Shown here one piece after another: positions 48,493 through 57,318 of a stretch of DNA of 64,000 bases; the first letter of the stretch is position 1; each line of letters opens with the position of its first letter. The DNA comes from Candidatus Micrarchaeota archaeon (GTDB taxonomy: Archaea > Micrarchaeota > Micrarchaeia > Anstonellales > Bilamarchaeaceae). Made by a program: the position numbers and the translations under genes. The notes beneath the pieces are model-generated. The model saw nothing but the letters and a program-made list of their open reading frames with translations. It made no database searches and was not told the origin of the DNA. Location: NCBI GenBank assembly GCA_038046765.1, contig JBBSVN010000007.1, positions 48,989 through 112,988 on the forward strand, given 5' to 3'.

Positions 48493-48714
48493 ATGGAAGA
48501 TAGAATATCATTTAATCCAAAGATTCTTGCCGGTAAGCCTCTGATTAAAGGCACGCGTATTTCGGTCGAATATCTTTTAGAACTCTTAGCTTCAGGAATG
48601 AAAACTGAAGAAATACTTTTGGAATTACCTCATCTTCAAAAAGAGGATATATTAGCTGCTATTAACTATGCTGCAAATGCACTAAAACATGAGGAAGTAA
48701 TTTTAATTAGGTAA
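48493..48714 (+). CDS. DUF433 antitoxin
   Basis: NPKILAGKPLIKGTRISV..EEIL..P.L..EDI.AAI.YA. Confidence 0.9.
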   Translation: MEDRISFNPKILAGKPLIKGTRISVEYLLELLASGMKTEEILLELPHLQKEDILAAINYAANALKHEEVILIR

Positions 48715-48719
48715 ATCTC

Positions 48720-49073
48720 ATGAAATTCCTAACTGATGAAAACGTTTCTGTTACTCTACTTAAAGGCTTAAGAACTGCGGGTTTTGAAGCAATTGATATT
48801 AAAGAAAAGAAACTTTTCGGTTTGCCTGACGAAAAAGTTTTGGAAATGGCCGTTACGCACAAGTTGATTATAATAACTCATGATAAAGATTTCCTCAACA
48901 TCACAAAACGTATTCCATTAGGCCACTTCGGAATAATTATCCTAAGGTTCCGTAATCAAAATCCGCGTTTAGTTACAGAACGTTTTTTATCCATAATTCG
49001 ATCTACTGATAAATCTAAATTTGAAAGAGCTGTAGTAATTATATCTGATAACTACATTGAAATTATAAAGTGA
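48720..49073 (+). CDS. DUF5615 PIN-like (VapC45-type) toxin
   Basis: MKFLTDENV, D..VL..A, IITHDKDF and GIIILR motifs. Confidence 0.88.
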   Translation: MKFLTDENVSVTLLKGLRTAGFEAIDIKEKKLFGLPDEKVLEMAVTHKLIIITHDKDFLNITKRIPLGHFGIIILRFRNQNPRLVTERFLSIIRSTDKSKFERAVVIISDNYIEIIK

Positions 49074-49079
49074 AATAAA

Positions 49080-49997
49080 ATGAAAATTCTTATTACCGGA
49101 GCTAGTGGATTACTTGGGAGCAATCTTTGTTTTATTGCAGCACAAAAAGGTCTAGAAGTAGTTGGGCTTTACAATGCGCATGAAGTAAAAATTAAAGGAG
49201 TAAAAACAGTAAAGGCAGATTTAAGCCAAGCAAATTTCTTCTCAAGCCTTAACTTTAAACCAGATGTAATAATCCATTGCGCTGCATTAACTAATGTCGA
49301 CCTTTGTGAAGAAGATAAAACTTTGGCAGAAAAGATGAATATTACTGCAACAGAAAACGTTTTGGACTTTGCAAAATCTTCTAATGCAAAATTTATATTC
49401 ATCTCAACAGATTCGATTTTTGATGGTAAAACTCCTTTTCATAAAGAAAGTGAAAAACCTCATCCAATAAATTATTATGCACAAACAAAGGTTGATGCCG
49501 AAGCTATTGTAAAAAAATACTTAAACCACGTAATCGTTCGAACAAATATGTATGGCTTTAATATTCAAAATAGCAAAACCAAGTTAAGTTTTTCAGAATG
49601 GCTTACTAATAAATTTGAAAATAAAGAAAAGATTACGGCCTTTACTGACTTTCATTTTTCCCCATTAGTAGTAAATAATCTTTGCGAAGCGCTCTTAGAA
49701 TTAGCACAAAATGATTTTACTGGAACAATCAACGTTGCTGGTGAAGGTAGAATTTCAAAATACGAATTTGCGCTTATGTTTGCGAAGGAATTTGGTTTTG
49801 ATGAAAGTCTAGTAATACCGACTAAAATGTCTGAACTAGAAAATCTTAGGGCAGAGCGTCCAAAAGAAAATTCACTTGATATTAGTTTAGCAAAAAAAAC
49901 ATTAAAGACAGTTTTATTAGATATTCCTGATGGAATTAAACTTTATAAGAAATTAATGGAAGAGAAATACCCAGAAAGACTAAGAGAAAATAAATAG
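49080..49997 (+). CDS. RmlD-like (dTDP-4-dehydrorhamnose reductase family) SDR
   Basis: GASGLLG, HCAALTNVDLCE, ISTDSIFDG and YAQTK motifs. Confidence 0.85.
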   Translation: MKILITGASGLLGSNLCFIAAQKGLEVVGLYNAHEVKIKGVKTVKADLSQANFFSSLNFKPDVIIHCAALTNVDLCEEDKTLAEKMNITATENVLDFAKSSNAKFIFISTDSIFDGKTPFHKESEKPHPINYYAQTKVDAEAIVKKYLNHVIVRTNMYGFNIQNSKTKLSFSEWLTNKFENKEKITAFTDFHFSPLVVNNLCEALLELAQNDFTGTINVAGEGRISKYEFALMFAKEFGFDESLVIPTKMSELENLRAERPKENSLDISLAKKTLKTVLLDIPDGIKLYKKLMEEKYPERLRENK

Positions 49998-50011
49998 AAT
50001 TCAGATCGAAC

Positions 50012-50707
50012 TTATCTTTTTATTCCTTCTAGCTCATCTGCTAATTGATCGAACTTGGCAGCTTTGTCCAGAATTGGCTTTATAATTTCTATTGCAGCGC
50101 GTTCATCGCTACCAAGTATTTTTCTAAGACTTTCTGCAGTTTGCCTTAATTGAGCCGCATTTTCTCTAAGTTTTTGTGGGTCTTTAATACTACTTAGCGC
50201 TTCCAAACCAAAAACAGAAGACGCTAAATTAACTAGTGCCATTCCCGAATCATCCCACCAACTGCCGTCGGCAAAGAAATTACGTTTTCCCACCCTGCCG
50301 CCCCAACTAAAACCAAGACCAATCGGACCGCTAAAATTTACAGTTTCACTGAGTATAAGATAAAGAGCATTTGGATCATCATGATTGCTTGGCTTACCGT
50401 TTGGTACTCCAAATGGATTTCCGTCTGATATACGCCAGCCGCCTTCCAAAGGTAGGTCTATTCTCTCTTCTTTTCCACCGTCATTCCAAGCAGTGGCAGT
50501 TCTTGCACCCTTATCATATCTCATAGATGTTGCTGCCTTTACTGGCAATACGTCAAAAATATTTGTTTCCAGTGGTTGTTCTGCAAATTTTCTTTTTACT
50601 TCTTTTATAATAGCCTCGGCAATCGATCCACTAGTAAGCATTCTACTTAATTCACGTGTTCTTTCATATCTGTTTCTGTTATTAACTTGAACTGCTGTTG
50701 CACTCAT
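50012..50707 (-). CDS. hypothetical protein with possible DGR-target-type CLec-like domain (likely start MSATAV at 50707)
   Basis: GW..D..FGVPNG..S..DPNALYL...GPIGLG...RN..AD....DSGMALV, followed by a coiled-coil tail. Confidence 0.5.
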   Translation of the reverse strand: MSATAVQVNNRNRYERTRELSRMLTSGSIAEAIIKEVKRKFAEQPLETNIFDVLPVKAATSMRYDKGARTATAWNDGGKEERIDLPLEGGWRISDGNPFGVPNGKPSNHDDPNALYLILSETVNFSGPIGLGFSWGGRVGKRNFFADGSWWDDSGMALVNLASSVFGLEALSSIKDPQKLRENAAQLRQTAESLRKILGSDERAAIEIIKPILDKAAKFDQLADELEGIKR

Positions 50708-50786
50708 AAGTTTAACCTCTCTAAAGTTGATATTCTTAGTAAATATATTGTGCATCGAAGTATTTATAAAACATTCTTTTACATTA

Positions 50787-50940
50787 AAGCTAACAAAAAG
50801 CAAGTTCTTTATCTTTTCCTGCGGTACAATCCAGAGGTTGCGACCTCTAGCTTTCCCCTTGCGGGGAAATGCGGCGAAAACTGCGGGGCAAAATTAATAA
50901 AAAGAAATTTTTGCAACGCAAGCTGTTCGTTACTTGGCTT
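50787..50940 (+). ncRNA. candidate structured RNA C (unknown family)
   Basis: GC-rich intergenic island: CCUGCGGU/ACUGCGGG encloses AGAGGU/ACCUCU and UUUCCCC/GGGGAAA hairpins; closing stem AAGCUAA/UUGGCUU. Confidence 0.5.
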
Positions 50941-51013
50941 AAAGCTATTATTCTTATCGGCGCAATATATAATCATATTTAGGCATATTGAATCTATCTT
51001 AGGTGAAACATTT

Positions 51014-52075
51014 ATGGAATTAAATCAGATTAAATCCTTCAAAATAGCAGACAAATGGGTAGGTCCAGGGCACCCAGCATTCATAATTGCAGAAGTAGGG
51101 TCAAACTTTGATGGCAACCTAGATAAAGCAAAGAAAATGGCTGATTTAGCCAAACAGTGCGGTGCTGATGCTGTAAAGTTCCAAAGTTTTATTACTGAAA
51201 AAATCATAAATAAGATCGCATTTGAAACTGGTTCACAAGCTGATTTTCAAAAGAAATGGAAAAAATCTGTTTCAGAAGTTTATAAATCAGCTGAATTTCC
51301 AAGATCATGGCATAAAGAAATTTCTGACTATTGCAAAAAAATAGGAATAATTTTTCTTTCTGCACCATACGATTTAGAAGCAGTTGATCTTCTAGAAGAA
51401 ATAAATGTACCAGCTTACAAGATTGGTTCTGGGGATGTTACATTTGTTCAATTAATTGATTATATTGCCAGTAAAGGTAAACCTGTTTTGATGGCAACTG
51501 GCGCTTCAACAATGGAAGAAATTACTGAAGCAGTAAATATAATAAAAAAATATAAAGTTCCACTTTTACTTATGCAGTGCGTTACTAACTATCCGACACC
51601 TTTTGAAGATTCCAATATTCGTGCGATGGCAACATTAGAAAAAACATTCGGTGTACCTGTTGGTTATTCTGACCATACTCCCGGAAGCACAGTTCCGATT
51701 CTTTCAGTTGCGTTTAATTGCTGTGCTATTGAAAAACATTTTACCAATGATAAAAGTTTACCTGGTCCCGATCATCCATTCGCGTTAGATGTTCCAGAAT
51801 TTACTGCAATGGTTCGCGATGTACGTAATGCCGAAAAAGCTCTTGGTTCACCCATAAAAGATATTTACCCAAGCGAAGAGAAGACAAAGATCGTTCAAAG
51901 AAGAAGCATATTTGCTGCTAAGGATATCACAAAAGGAACTAAAATAACCTCTGATATGCTTACAATACTTAGGCCTTGGCAAGGTCTTTTACCAAAACAC
52001 TTTAATGATGTGGTTGGCAAGGTTGCGAAGGTCGATATAAAAAACGGGGAAGCTATTACTTGGGAGAAGATTTAG
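51014..52075 (+). CDS. N-acetylneuraminate synthase family (NeuB/PseI/LegI) with C-terminal SAF domain
   Basis: Start at 51014 after AGGTGA; FIIAEVGSN, DAVKFQ, KIGSGD, GYSDHT, IEKHFT, GPDH and RRSI motifs. Confidence 0.93.
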   Translation: MELNQIKSFKIADKWVGPGHPAFIIAEVGSNFDGNLDKAKKMADLAKQCGADAVKFQSFITEKIINKIAFETGSQADFQKKWKKSVSEVYKSAEFPRSWHKEISDYCKKIGIIFLSAPYDLEAVDLLEEINVPAYKIGSGDVTFVQLIDYIASKGKPVLMATGASTMEEITEAVNIIKKYKVPLLLMQCVTNYPTPFEDSNIRAMATLEKTFGVPVGYSDHTPGSTVPILSVAFNCCAIEKHFTNDKSLPGPDHPFALDVPEFTAMVRDVRNAEKALGSPIKDIYPSEEKTKIVQRRSIFAAKDITKGTKITSDMLTILRPWQGLLPKHFNDVVGKVAKVDIKNGEAITWEKI

Positions 52076-52092
52076 TTAAACTAAAGCGGTTA

Positions 52093-52194
52093 AATATCGG
52101 ATAAGTTAAAATACGCTCTATCCGATATTATATCTATTCTTTAACGGCTGAAAATATATATCGGATAGGAAGATTTATATTATATCCGATATAT
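52093..52194. promoter_or_regulatory. tandem inverted-repeat operator upstream of the Fic gene
   Basis: TATCGGATA-N15-TATCCGATA at 52095-52127 and again at 52159-52191. Confidence 0.7.
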
Positions 52195-52203
52195 AATATT
52201 GTT

Positions 52204-53118
52204 ATGCTTATTGAAGAAGACATCTACAAAAGAATCCTTGAAAAAAGAAATGCACTAGATAAACTTAGACCATTTAACCAAGGGGCACTAGCAAGACTTC
52301 AGGAAACCTTCAGAGTAGATTTAACCTATAATTCAAATGCAATCGAAGGAAATACTCTTTCACTAAGCGAAACAAAATTAGTTTTAGAAGAAGGAATAAC
52401 TATTGGTGGAAAAAGCCTAAAAGAACATCTTGAAGTTACAAACCATAGCAAGGCAATCGATTTTATAGAATCTTTAGTCATTAAACCCTCAATCGAAGAA
52501 ATCGATATCCTTAATTTGCATGCCATAATATTGGATCGTATTGATCAACAGAATGCGGGGTTTTACAGAAGAAGTGCGGTACGTATTAGTGGTACTGATT
52601 ATTCACCTCCAAACGCAGTAAAAGTTCCAGAACTTATGAAAGAAGTTTATAGACTTTTAAATATCACTGGTGAACAAATAGAAACGGCATCTCTAATACA
52701 TCAAAAATTTGTAGATATTCATCCTTTTATTGATGGAAATGGTAGAACTGCAAGACTATTACTAAATCTCTATCTAATGCGAAATGGTTATCCACCAATA
52801 ATAATCTTAAAAGTAGAAAGAAAAAAATACATTCGAACGATTATAATTGGTCAGACTGAAAAAAATTTAATTCCATTTACAAATTTCGTAGCAAAATGCG
52901 TTGAACGTTCTTTGGACATTTATTTAGATTCATTTGGAACAGAATCAAAAGAGTATTTAACTCTTAAAGAAGCGTCTAAAATCAGTAAAAATAACTACAG
53001 CGATGAATACCTAAGTTTGCTTGCTCGTACTGGAAAAATTGGTGCGATAAAATTTGGAAGAAATTGGAAAATAACCAAACAAGAACTTGAAGAATATGAA
53101 AAAGAGCATGGTGCTTAA
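52204..53118 (+). CDS. Fic-domain protein with C-terminal HTH
   Basis: HPFIDGNGRTAR active site; SNAIEGN inhibitory motif; YLTLKEAS..YLSLLARTGKI.A.K.GRNW excisionase-like HTH. Confidence 0.92.
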   Translation: MLIEEDIYKRILEKRNALDKLRPFNQGALARLQETFRVDLTYNSNAIEGNTLSLSETKLVLEEGITIGGKSLKEHLEVTNHSKAIDFIESLVIKPSIEEIDILNLHAIILDRIDQQNAGFYRRSAVRISGTDYSPPNAVKVPELMKEVYRLLNITGEQIETASLIHQKFVDIHPFIDGNGRTARLLLNLYLMRNGYPPIIILKVERKKYIRTIIIGQTEKNLIPFTNFVAKCVERSLDIYLDSFGTESKEYLTLKEASKISKNNYSDEYLSLLARTGKIGAIKFGRNWKITKQELEEYEKEHGA

Positions 53119-53121
53119 ATT

Positions 53122-53769
53122 ATGAAACCAATCGTAGTAATTCCAGCTTATAACGAAGAAAAAACAATCGCTACAGTTGTAAAAAACATAAAGAAATACT
53201 GCGATGTAGTAGTAGTTAATGATGCGTCTAAAGACGAAACCGCTACACTTGCAAAAGAAGCTGGAGCTACAGTTATTACAAACGACAAAAATCTTGGCTA
53301 TGATGGAACGCTTAATAGGGGAATAAAACATGCCGTTTCACTAGGCGCCGATATTATTTTGTTAATGGATGCTGATGGCCAACATAATTCAGAAGATATT
53401 CCAAAAATGCTTAAACCAATTGAACAAGAAAAAGCGGATTTTGTAATTGGTATTAGGCCTTGGAAAGCACGAATTAGCGAAAAAATATATGCCAAATATT
53501 CCGAATTTAAAATTGGTGTAAGCGATCCTTTATGCGGGTTTAAAGCGTTTAGAAGTGAAATATTTAGTAAAGTTGGTTACTATGACTCGATTGGCAGCGT
53601 AGGAACAGAATTCATGTTTGCAGCAAAGAAGCACGGTTACAAAATTGCAGAAGTTCCAATAACACTAAATGAACGAGCCGATATGCCTAGATTTGGCGAT
53701 GGGATAAAACTAAATGCAGAGTGGAAGATATTTAGCGCGATGCTTAAAGTTATGGTGAAATATTTATAA
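53122..53769 (+). CDS. GT2 glycosyltransferase
   Basis: IPAYNEE, VNDASKD, MDADGQH and D..CGFKAF motifs. Confidence 0.9.
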   Translation: MKPIVVIPAYNEEKTIATVVKNIKKYCDVVVVNDASKDETATLAKEAGATVITNDKNLGYDGTLNRGIKHAVSLGADIILLMDADGQHNSEDIPKMLKPIEQEKADFVIGIRPWKARISEKIYAKYSEFKIGVSDPLCGFKAFRSEIFSKVGYYDSIGSVGTEFMFAAKKHGYKIAEVPITLNERADMPRFGDGIKLNAEWKIFSAMLKVMVKYL

Positions 53770-53795
53770 ATGGTATTCGCACCAAATCCATATTT

Positions 53796-55889
53796 TCAAT
53801 TACCAGATATCGTTTGCTTTATTGAAGCGTATGCGTTATCCCTAACGCTTTCATAGAAGCTTAGTGCATCTTCTAAAAAGTTTGCCTTCATCTGTTTGCC
53901 ACTTACAAATCGTGCCCTTTCTGAACTAAAACCATATACGACTTTTTCAATTTTTCCATCTGCTGCAAGATCAAATCTTTTTATGTTTGTTGGTATTTTT
54001 GGTGCTTCCAAATCCGCTCCCCAAACTTTGGAGAGTAGTCCGCCGATTGCACCCTCATTCTTACCTGTGCTACAAGATACAAGTATAACTTTAGGTCTCG
54101 TGTCTTTTCTGTCAAAAACATCATAGACCATACTTAGGTTTACGCTGTCACCTAAATCAATGCTTTGCTCTGGTGTCGGATCTCCCATCTGTATCATACC
54201 TGGCTCGCCATGTCCCCCTATAATTAATGTATTTATTTTGCCGTAGTTTATTCTAGTATACAACAGTTTTTCATAAAATCTTTGTTCTCCGTTTACTTCA
54301 TAGATAATTAATTTGTAGTGCTTAGTTAAGTCCTGCATATTTGTATTTACACCTTCATAAAAAGCCCCATTCCAGTCATTTTTATTATAAGCAACAACTA
54401 GTATTGGTTTGTCTGTTTTTCTTTTAGGGTCTAAATTTGCGTAAGTTTCTTCAAGCATTTTTGGACTGTATCTTGCAAAATATACAATCCCATTCTTATT
54501 GTGCAGTTCTTGGGTTTTTTGTTCTCCTAAAATAGATACGGCATAAGCAAAATTAACTATTGTTTCCCAGTCTCTTTTTATTTTTAATTTCCTAACTAAA
54601 TAATCAGCTTTGCCATAATTTGCGATAACTAATTTGTTTTTAAGTACACCACCGAATTTTTCTTCTATGCTTTGAACTTTATATTTAAATTCTTCTACCT
54701 TAGCCCCGTCTAATTTTTTACCAAAATAATCAAATAAAAGCGAGATCATCTCCTCTTTTGGCATAAATTCTTTTTTAGAAATATAATCTAATGCTGGCAA
54801 TAGAAATTTCTGAAGTTGTCTTATAGTACCCATTTTGCCAACTAAGTTACTTAGGTCATGCAAATATTCTACACCTAGTTCTCCTTGTGAGATTATTCTG
54901 TCGCATAAAATAACTGTTTCGCGCATTATTTTTTGGGTATGCTCATTATCCAGATTATTTGCTTTTTTTACTGCAAGTTCTGCAAATTTTAAACATATCT
55001 CAAGTTTATTATAAATGTTAATGTAGCTGCTGCCTGCTGATACTGTTTGTTCGATTGCAGGCAATAATTCAAGCATCTTTGGGTTGAAGTCCTTTTTTTC
55101 TATATAATTAATTATGTATGCAATTGGGGCGGCAATAAATGAGCCTTTAACTGTAATCTGTTTCTGATCTGTTTTTGAAGATTGTACAAATTTTAAATAA
55201 AGTTCTTGCTGCTCTAAAGTTCCACCCCTCTTCCTTAGTATATCCATTCCAAGTTGGACTGACTGCTGATACTGCTTAGGGATAGTTTGAACTATTTTTT
55301 CATTTAGTTCCCGCTCTCTTTCTGATATTACTTGCGGTGCTCTTCTTGCAAATTCCTTTACTTTTTGTTCTAATTTTGAAATTATCAAATAAGGATTGGA
55401 AATAATTCCGACAATGTCTTGTTTCGTTTCTCCTTCCAATTTTCGCTCTCTTTGGATTTTATCCGATTTTGGTTTAGTTCTTAATACGGATAATTTTCTT
55501 AATTCAACACTTGCTTCCCTATAAGCTAATTCAGAAGCTTTTTGATCAAAAATGCCGTTTGCACCAACAAATGTTTGCTTGGTACCTAGTGTGATACTGT
55601 TAAATTCTTTATCAGAAAAAGAAACTCCTTTCTTTTTGTACCATTCCCGCTCAACTTCAAGCGCAGCTGATGGCGAGTTACGCATTAAATAAAGAAAAAG
55701 TTCTTTTTTTACAATTAGTGAAGCGCCTCTTTCTGTCTTTGCTGTTTCTGTTGCTTTTTTCACAATCTGGTCTACCACATCGGTAGATAAGGTTATTATT
55801 TGAACGCTCCTTTTTGGAACTCGAGCTAGAAGTTCTTCTGCTGCTTTTTGTGCAGATTCTTTTCCAACTTCCAACCCAGAATAAGCCAT
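53796..55889 (-). CDS. large orphan protein with C-terminal clan CD (caspase/CPD/DUF4347-like) Cys protease domain
   Basis: CAT at 55887-55889 and TCA at 53796 show the gene is on the - strand; LIIGGHG (H560) and VILVSCSTG (C606). Confidence 0.6.
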   Translation of the reverse strand: MAYSGLEVGKESAQKAAEELLARVPKRSVQIITLSTDVVDQIVKKATETAKTERGASLIVKKELFLYLMRNSPSAALEVEREWYKKKGVSFSDKEFNSITLGTKQTFVGANGIFDQKASELAYREASVELRKLSVLRTKPKSDKIQRERKLEGETKQDIVGIISNPYLIISKLEQKVKEFARRAPQVISERERELNEKIVQTIPKQYQQSVQLGMDILRKRGGTLEQQELYLKFVQSSKTDQKQITVKGSFIAAPIAYIINYIEKKDFNPKMLELLPAIEQTVSAGSSYINIYNKLEICLKFAELAVKKANNLDNEHTQKIMRETVILCDRIISQGELGVEYLHDLSNLVGKMGTIRQLQKFLLPALDYISKKEFMPKEEMISLLFDYFGKKLDGAKVEEFKYKVQSIEEKFGGVLKNKLVIANYGKADYLVRKLKIKRDWETIVNFAYAVSILGEQKTQELHNKNGIVYFARYSPKMLEETYANLDPKRKTDKPILVVAYNKNDWNGAFYEGVNTNMQDLTKHYKLIIYEVNGEQRFYEKLLYTRINYGKINTLIIGGHGEPGMIQMGDPTPEQSIDLGDSVNLSMVYDVFDRKDTRPKVILVSCSTGKNEGAIGGLLSKVWGADLEAPKIPTNIKRFDLAADGKIEKVVYGFSSERARFVSGKQMKANFLEDALSFYESVRDNAYASIKQTISGN

Positions 55890-55899
55890 GCCCTTACCG

Positions 55900-57216
55900 T
55901 TAGTTCGTCAATCTCTGGAACCCAGAATGTGCAATTGGACCATTAAGCATCTTTTCTACTTCGTTCTTTTCGATTGCGCTCTTTAGTAGTGCAAAGACTT
56001 CGTTTACTTTATCTGCATATGCTTCGACATCCTTAGTTTTATGTGCATACGAAACATAGAAACCACCCGATGCTAAATAACCTCCTTTAAGCATTTCTTG
56101 CGTGAAAAGTGTTCTAACTGCTTGTGCATTTTCATAATCAAAACCAAAGTGCATAATTGGTGGGAAATCAAAATCAACGTGCATTTTTAATCCGTGTTCC
56201 TTTCCTAATTTTTCCCAAATTTTTCCGGTTTTAATCCCGATTTTTGTTATGTGTGCTGGCGCATTTTTCTCTTCCATTTTTTTAATCGTGGCTAGGGCAG
56301 CAGTTGGTCCAATTCCTTCTGTCCAATAAGTACTGCTAATAAAACTTGTTTGTGCGCTGTCCATTACTTCTTTTTTACCAACTATCGCGCCCATGGGAAA
56401 ACCGTTGCTCATTGCTTTTCCAAATACGATAATATCTGGATTAACCCTAAATTCCTTATACACTCCGCCAACAGTATTTCTAAAGCCTGAGCTTATTTCA
56501 TCAAAAACAAGTACTGCTCCAGTTTCATCAGCAATTTTTCTTACGCCTTGCAAGAAACTAACATCTGGTTTTTTACTTCTCTGAACTTCTAAAACGATTA
56601 CACCTAAGTCATCTTTATGTTTATCTGCAATTGTCTGTAATTCCTCAAGTTTGCCATGATGAAATGGGATTGTAGTTCCGCTTAATGTTTTTGGAACTCC
56701 GTTTGGCTCTAAACCTTTTAATAAATGGTCATTTAAACCAGTTGAATCAAGCAAATTTGTTGCTAAATACCAGTCATGCCATCCGTGGTATCCTGAAAAA
56801 GCGACTTTACTTTTTTTAGAATATGCTCTAGCTATTCTTACTGCAACAGACATCGATTCCCCGCCCGTTCGTGCGTATCTAACCATTCCAGCCCATTGAT
56901 TCATCTTCAAAAGTTTTTCAGCAAGTTCTACTTCTTCGGGACAGTTTAAAGTTGCCATGTTTGCATTTTTTATTCGTTCAATTACTGCCTTGTTTACATC
57001 CTTATCGGCATAACCTAAGATGTTCGCTCCAATTCCCATTATGCAAAAATCTATGAATTTTGTTCCATCTAAATCCCAAAGTTCTATGCCTTTTGCTTTA
57101 GAATAGTATGATGGCCATTGATCTGGCAAGAACATTTCTGAGCGTTTTGAAAGTAATTGTGATCCTCCTGGGATTATTTGTTTTGCTCTTGTCCAAAGTT
57201 CTGTTCCTTTAGTCAT
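55900..57216 (-). CDS. class III PLP aminotransferase (GSA-aminomutase-like; probable sugar aminotransferase)
   Basis: IPGG, YHGWHDWY, LVFDEISSGFR and FGKAMSNGFP motifs. Confidence 0.87.
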   Translation of the reverse strand: MTKGTELWTRAKQIIPGGSQLLSKRSEMFLPDQWPSYYSKAKGIELWDLDGTKFIDFCIMGIGANILGYADKDVNKAVIERIKNANMATLNCPEEVELAEKLLKMNQWAGMVRYARTGGESMSVAVRIARAYSKKSKVAFSGYHGWHDWYLATNLLDSTGLNDHLLKGLEPNGVPKTLSGTTIPFHHGKLEELQTIADKHKDDLGVIVLEVQRSKKPDVSFLQGVRKIADETGAVLVFDEISSGFRNTVGGVYKEFRVNPDIIVFGKAMSNGFPMGAIVGKKEVMDSAQTSFISSTYWTEGIGPTAALATIKKMEEKNAPAHITKIGIKTGKIWEKLGKEHGLKMHVDFDFPPIMHFGFDYENAQAVRTLFTQEMLKGGYLASGGFYVSYAHKTKDVEAYADKVNEVFALLKSAIEKNEVEKMLNGPIAHSGFQRLTN

Positions 57217-57318
57217 AAAACTCGCCTCTAATAAAGTTATTTGTTAATAAAGTATTTCAATTATTTATATATTAAATAGTCCTAGCAAACAAACTTATTA
57301 AGGATTTTGGTTTTGTAT

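Noticed and set aside
50818..50887. tRNA, hammerhead ribozyme or preQ1 riboswitch
   Set aside because: No TTCGA T-loop or cloverleaf, no CUGANGA core, and the preQ1 loop and tail consensus are not met.
50687..51013. 109-aa Cys-rich N-terminal extension of NeuB
   Set aside because: Artefact of an upstream TTG. The true start is ATG 51014 after AGGTGA, and the region is promoter plus structured element.
53796..55889. The ORF track lists the 697-aa protein on the + strand
   Set aside because: The listed protein is encoded by the reverse complement (CAT at 55887-55889, TCA at 53796-53798), so I annotated it on the - strand.
55900..57216. hemL (tetrapyrrole synthesis)
   Set aside because: No other hem genes are present; this subfamily commonly occurs in nonulosonate clusters.
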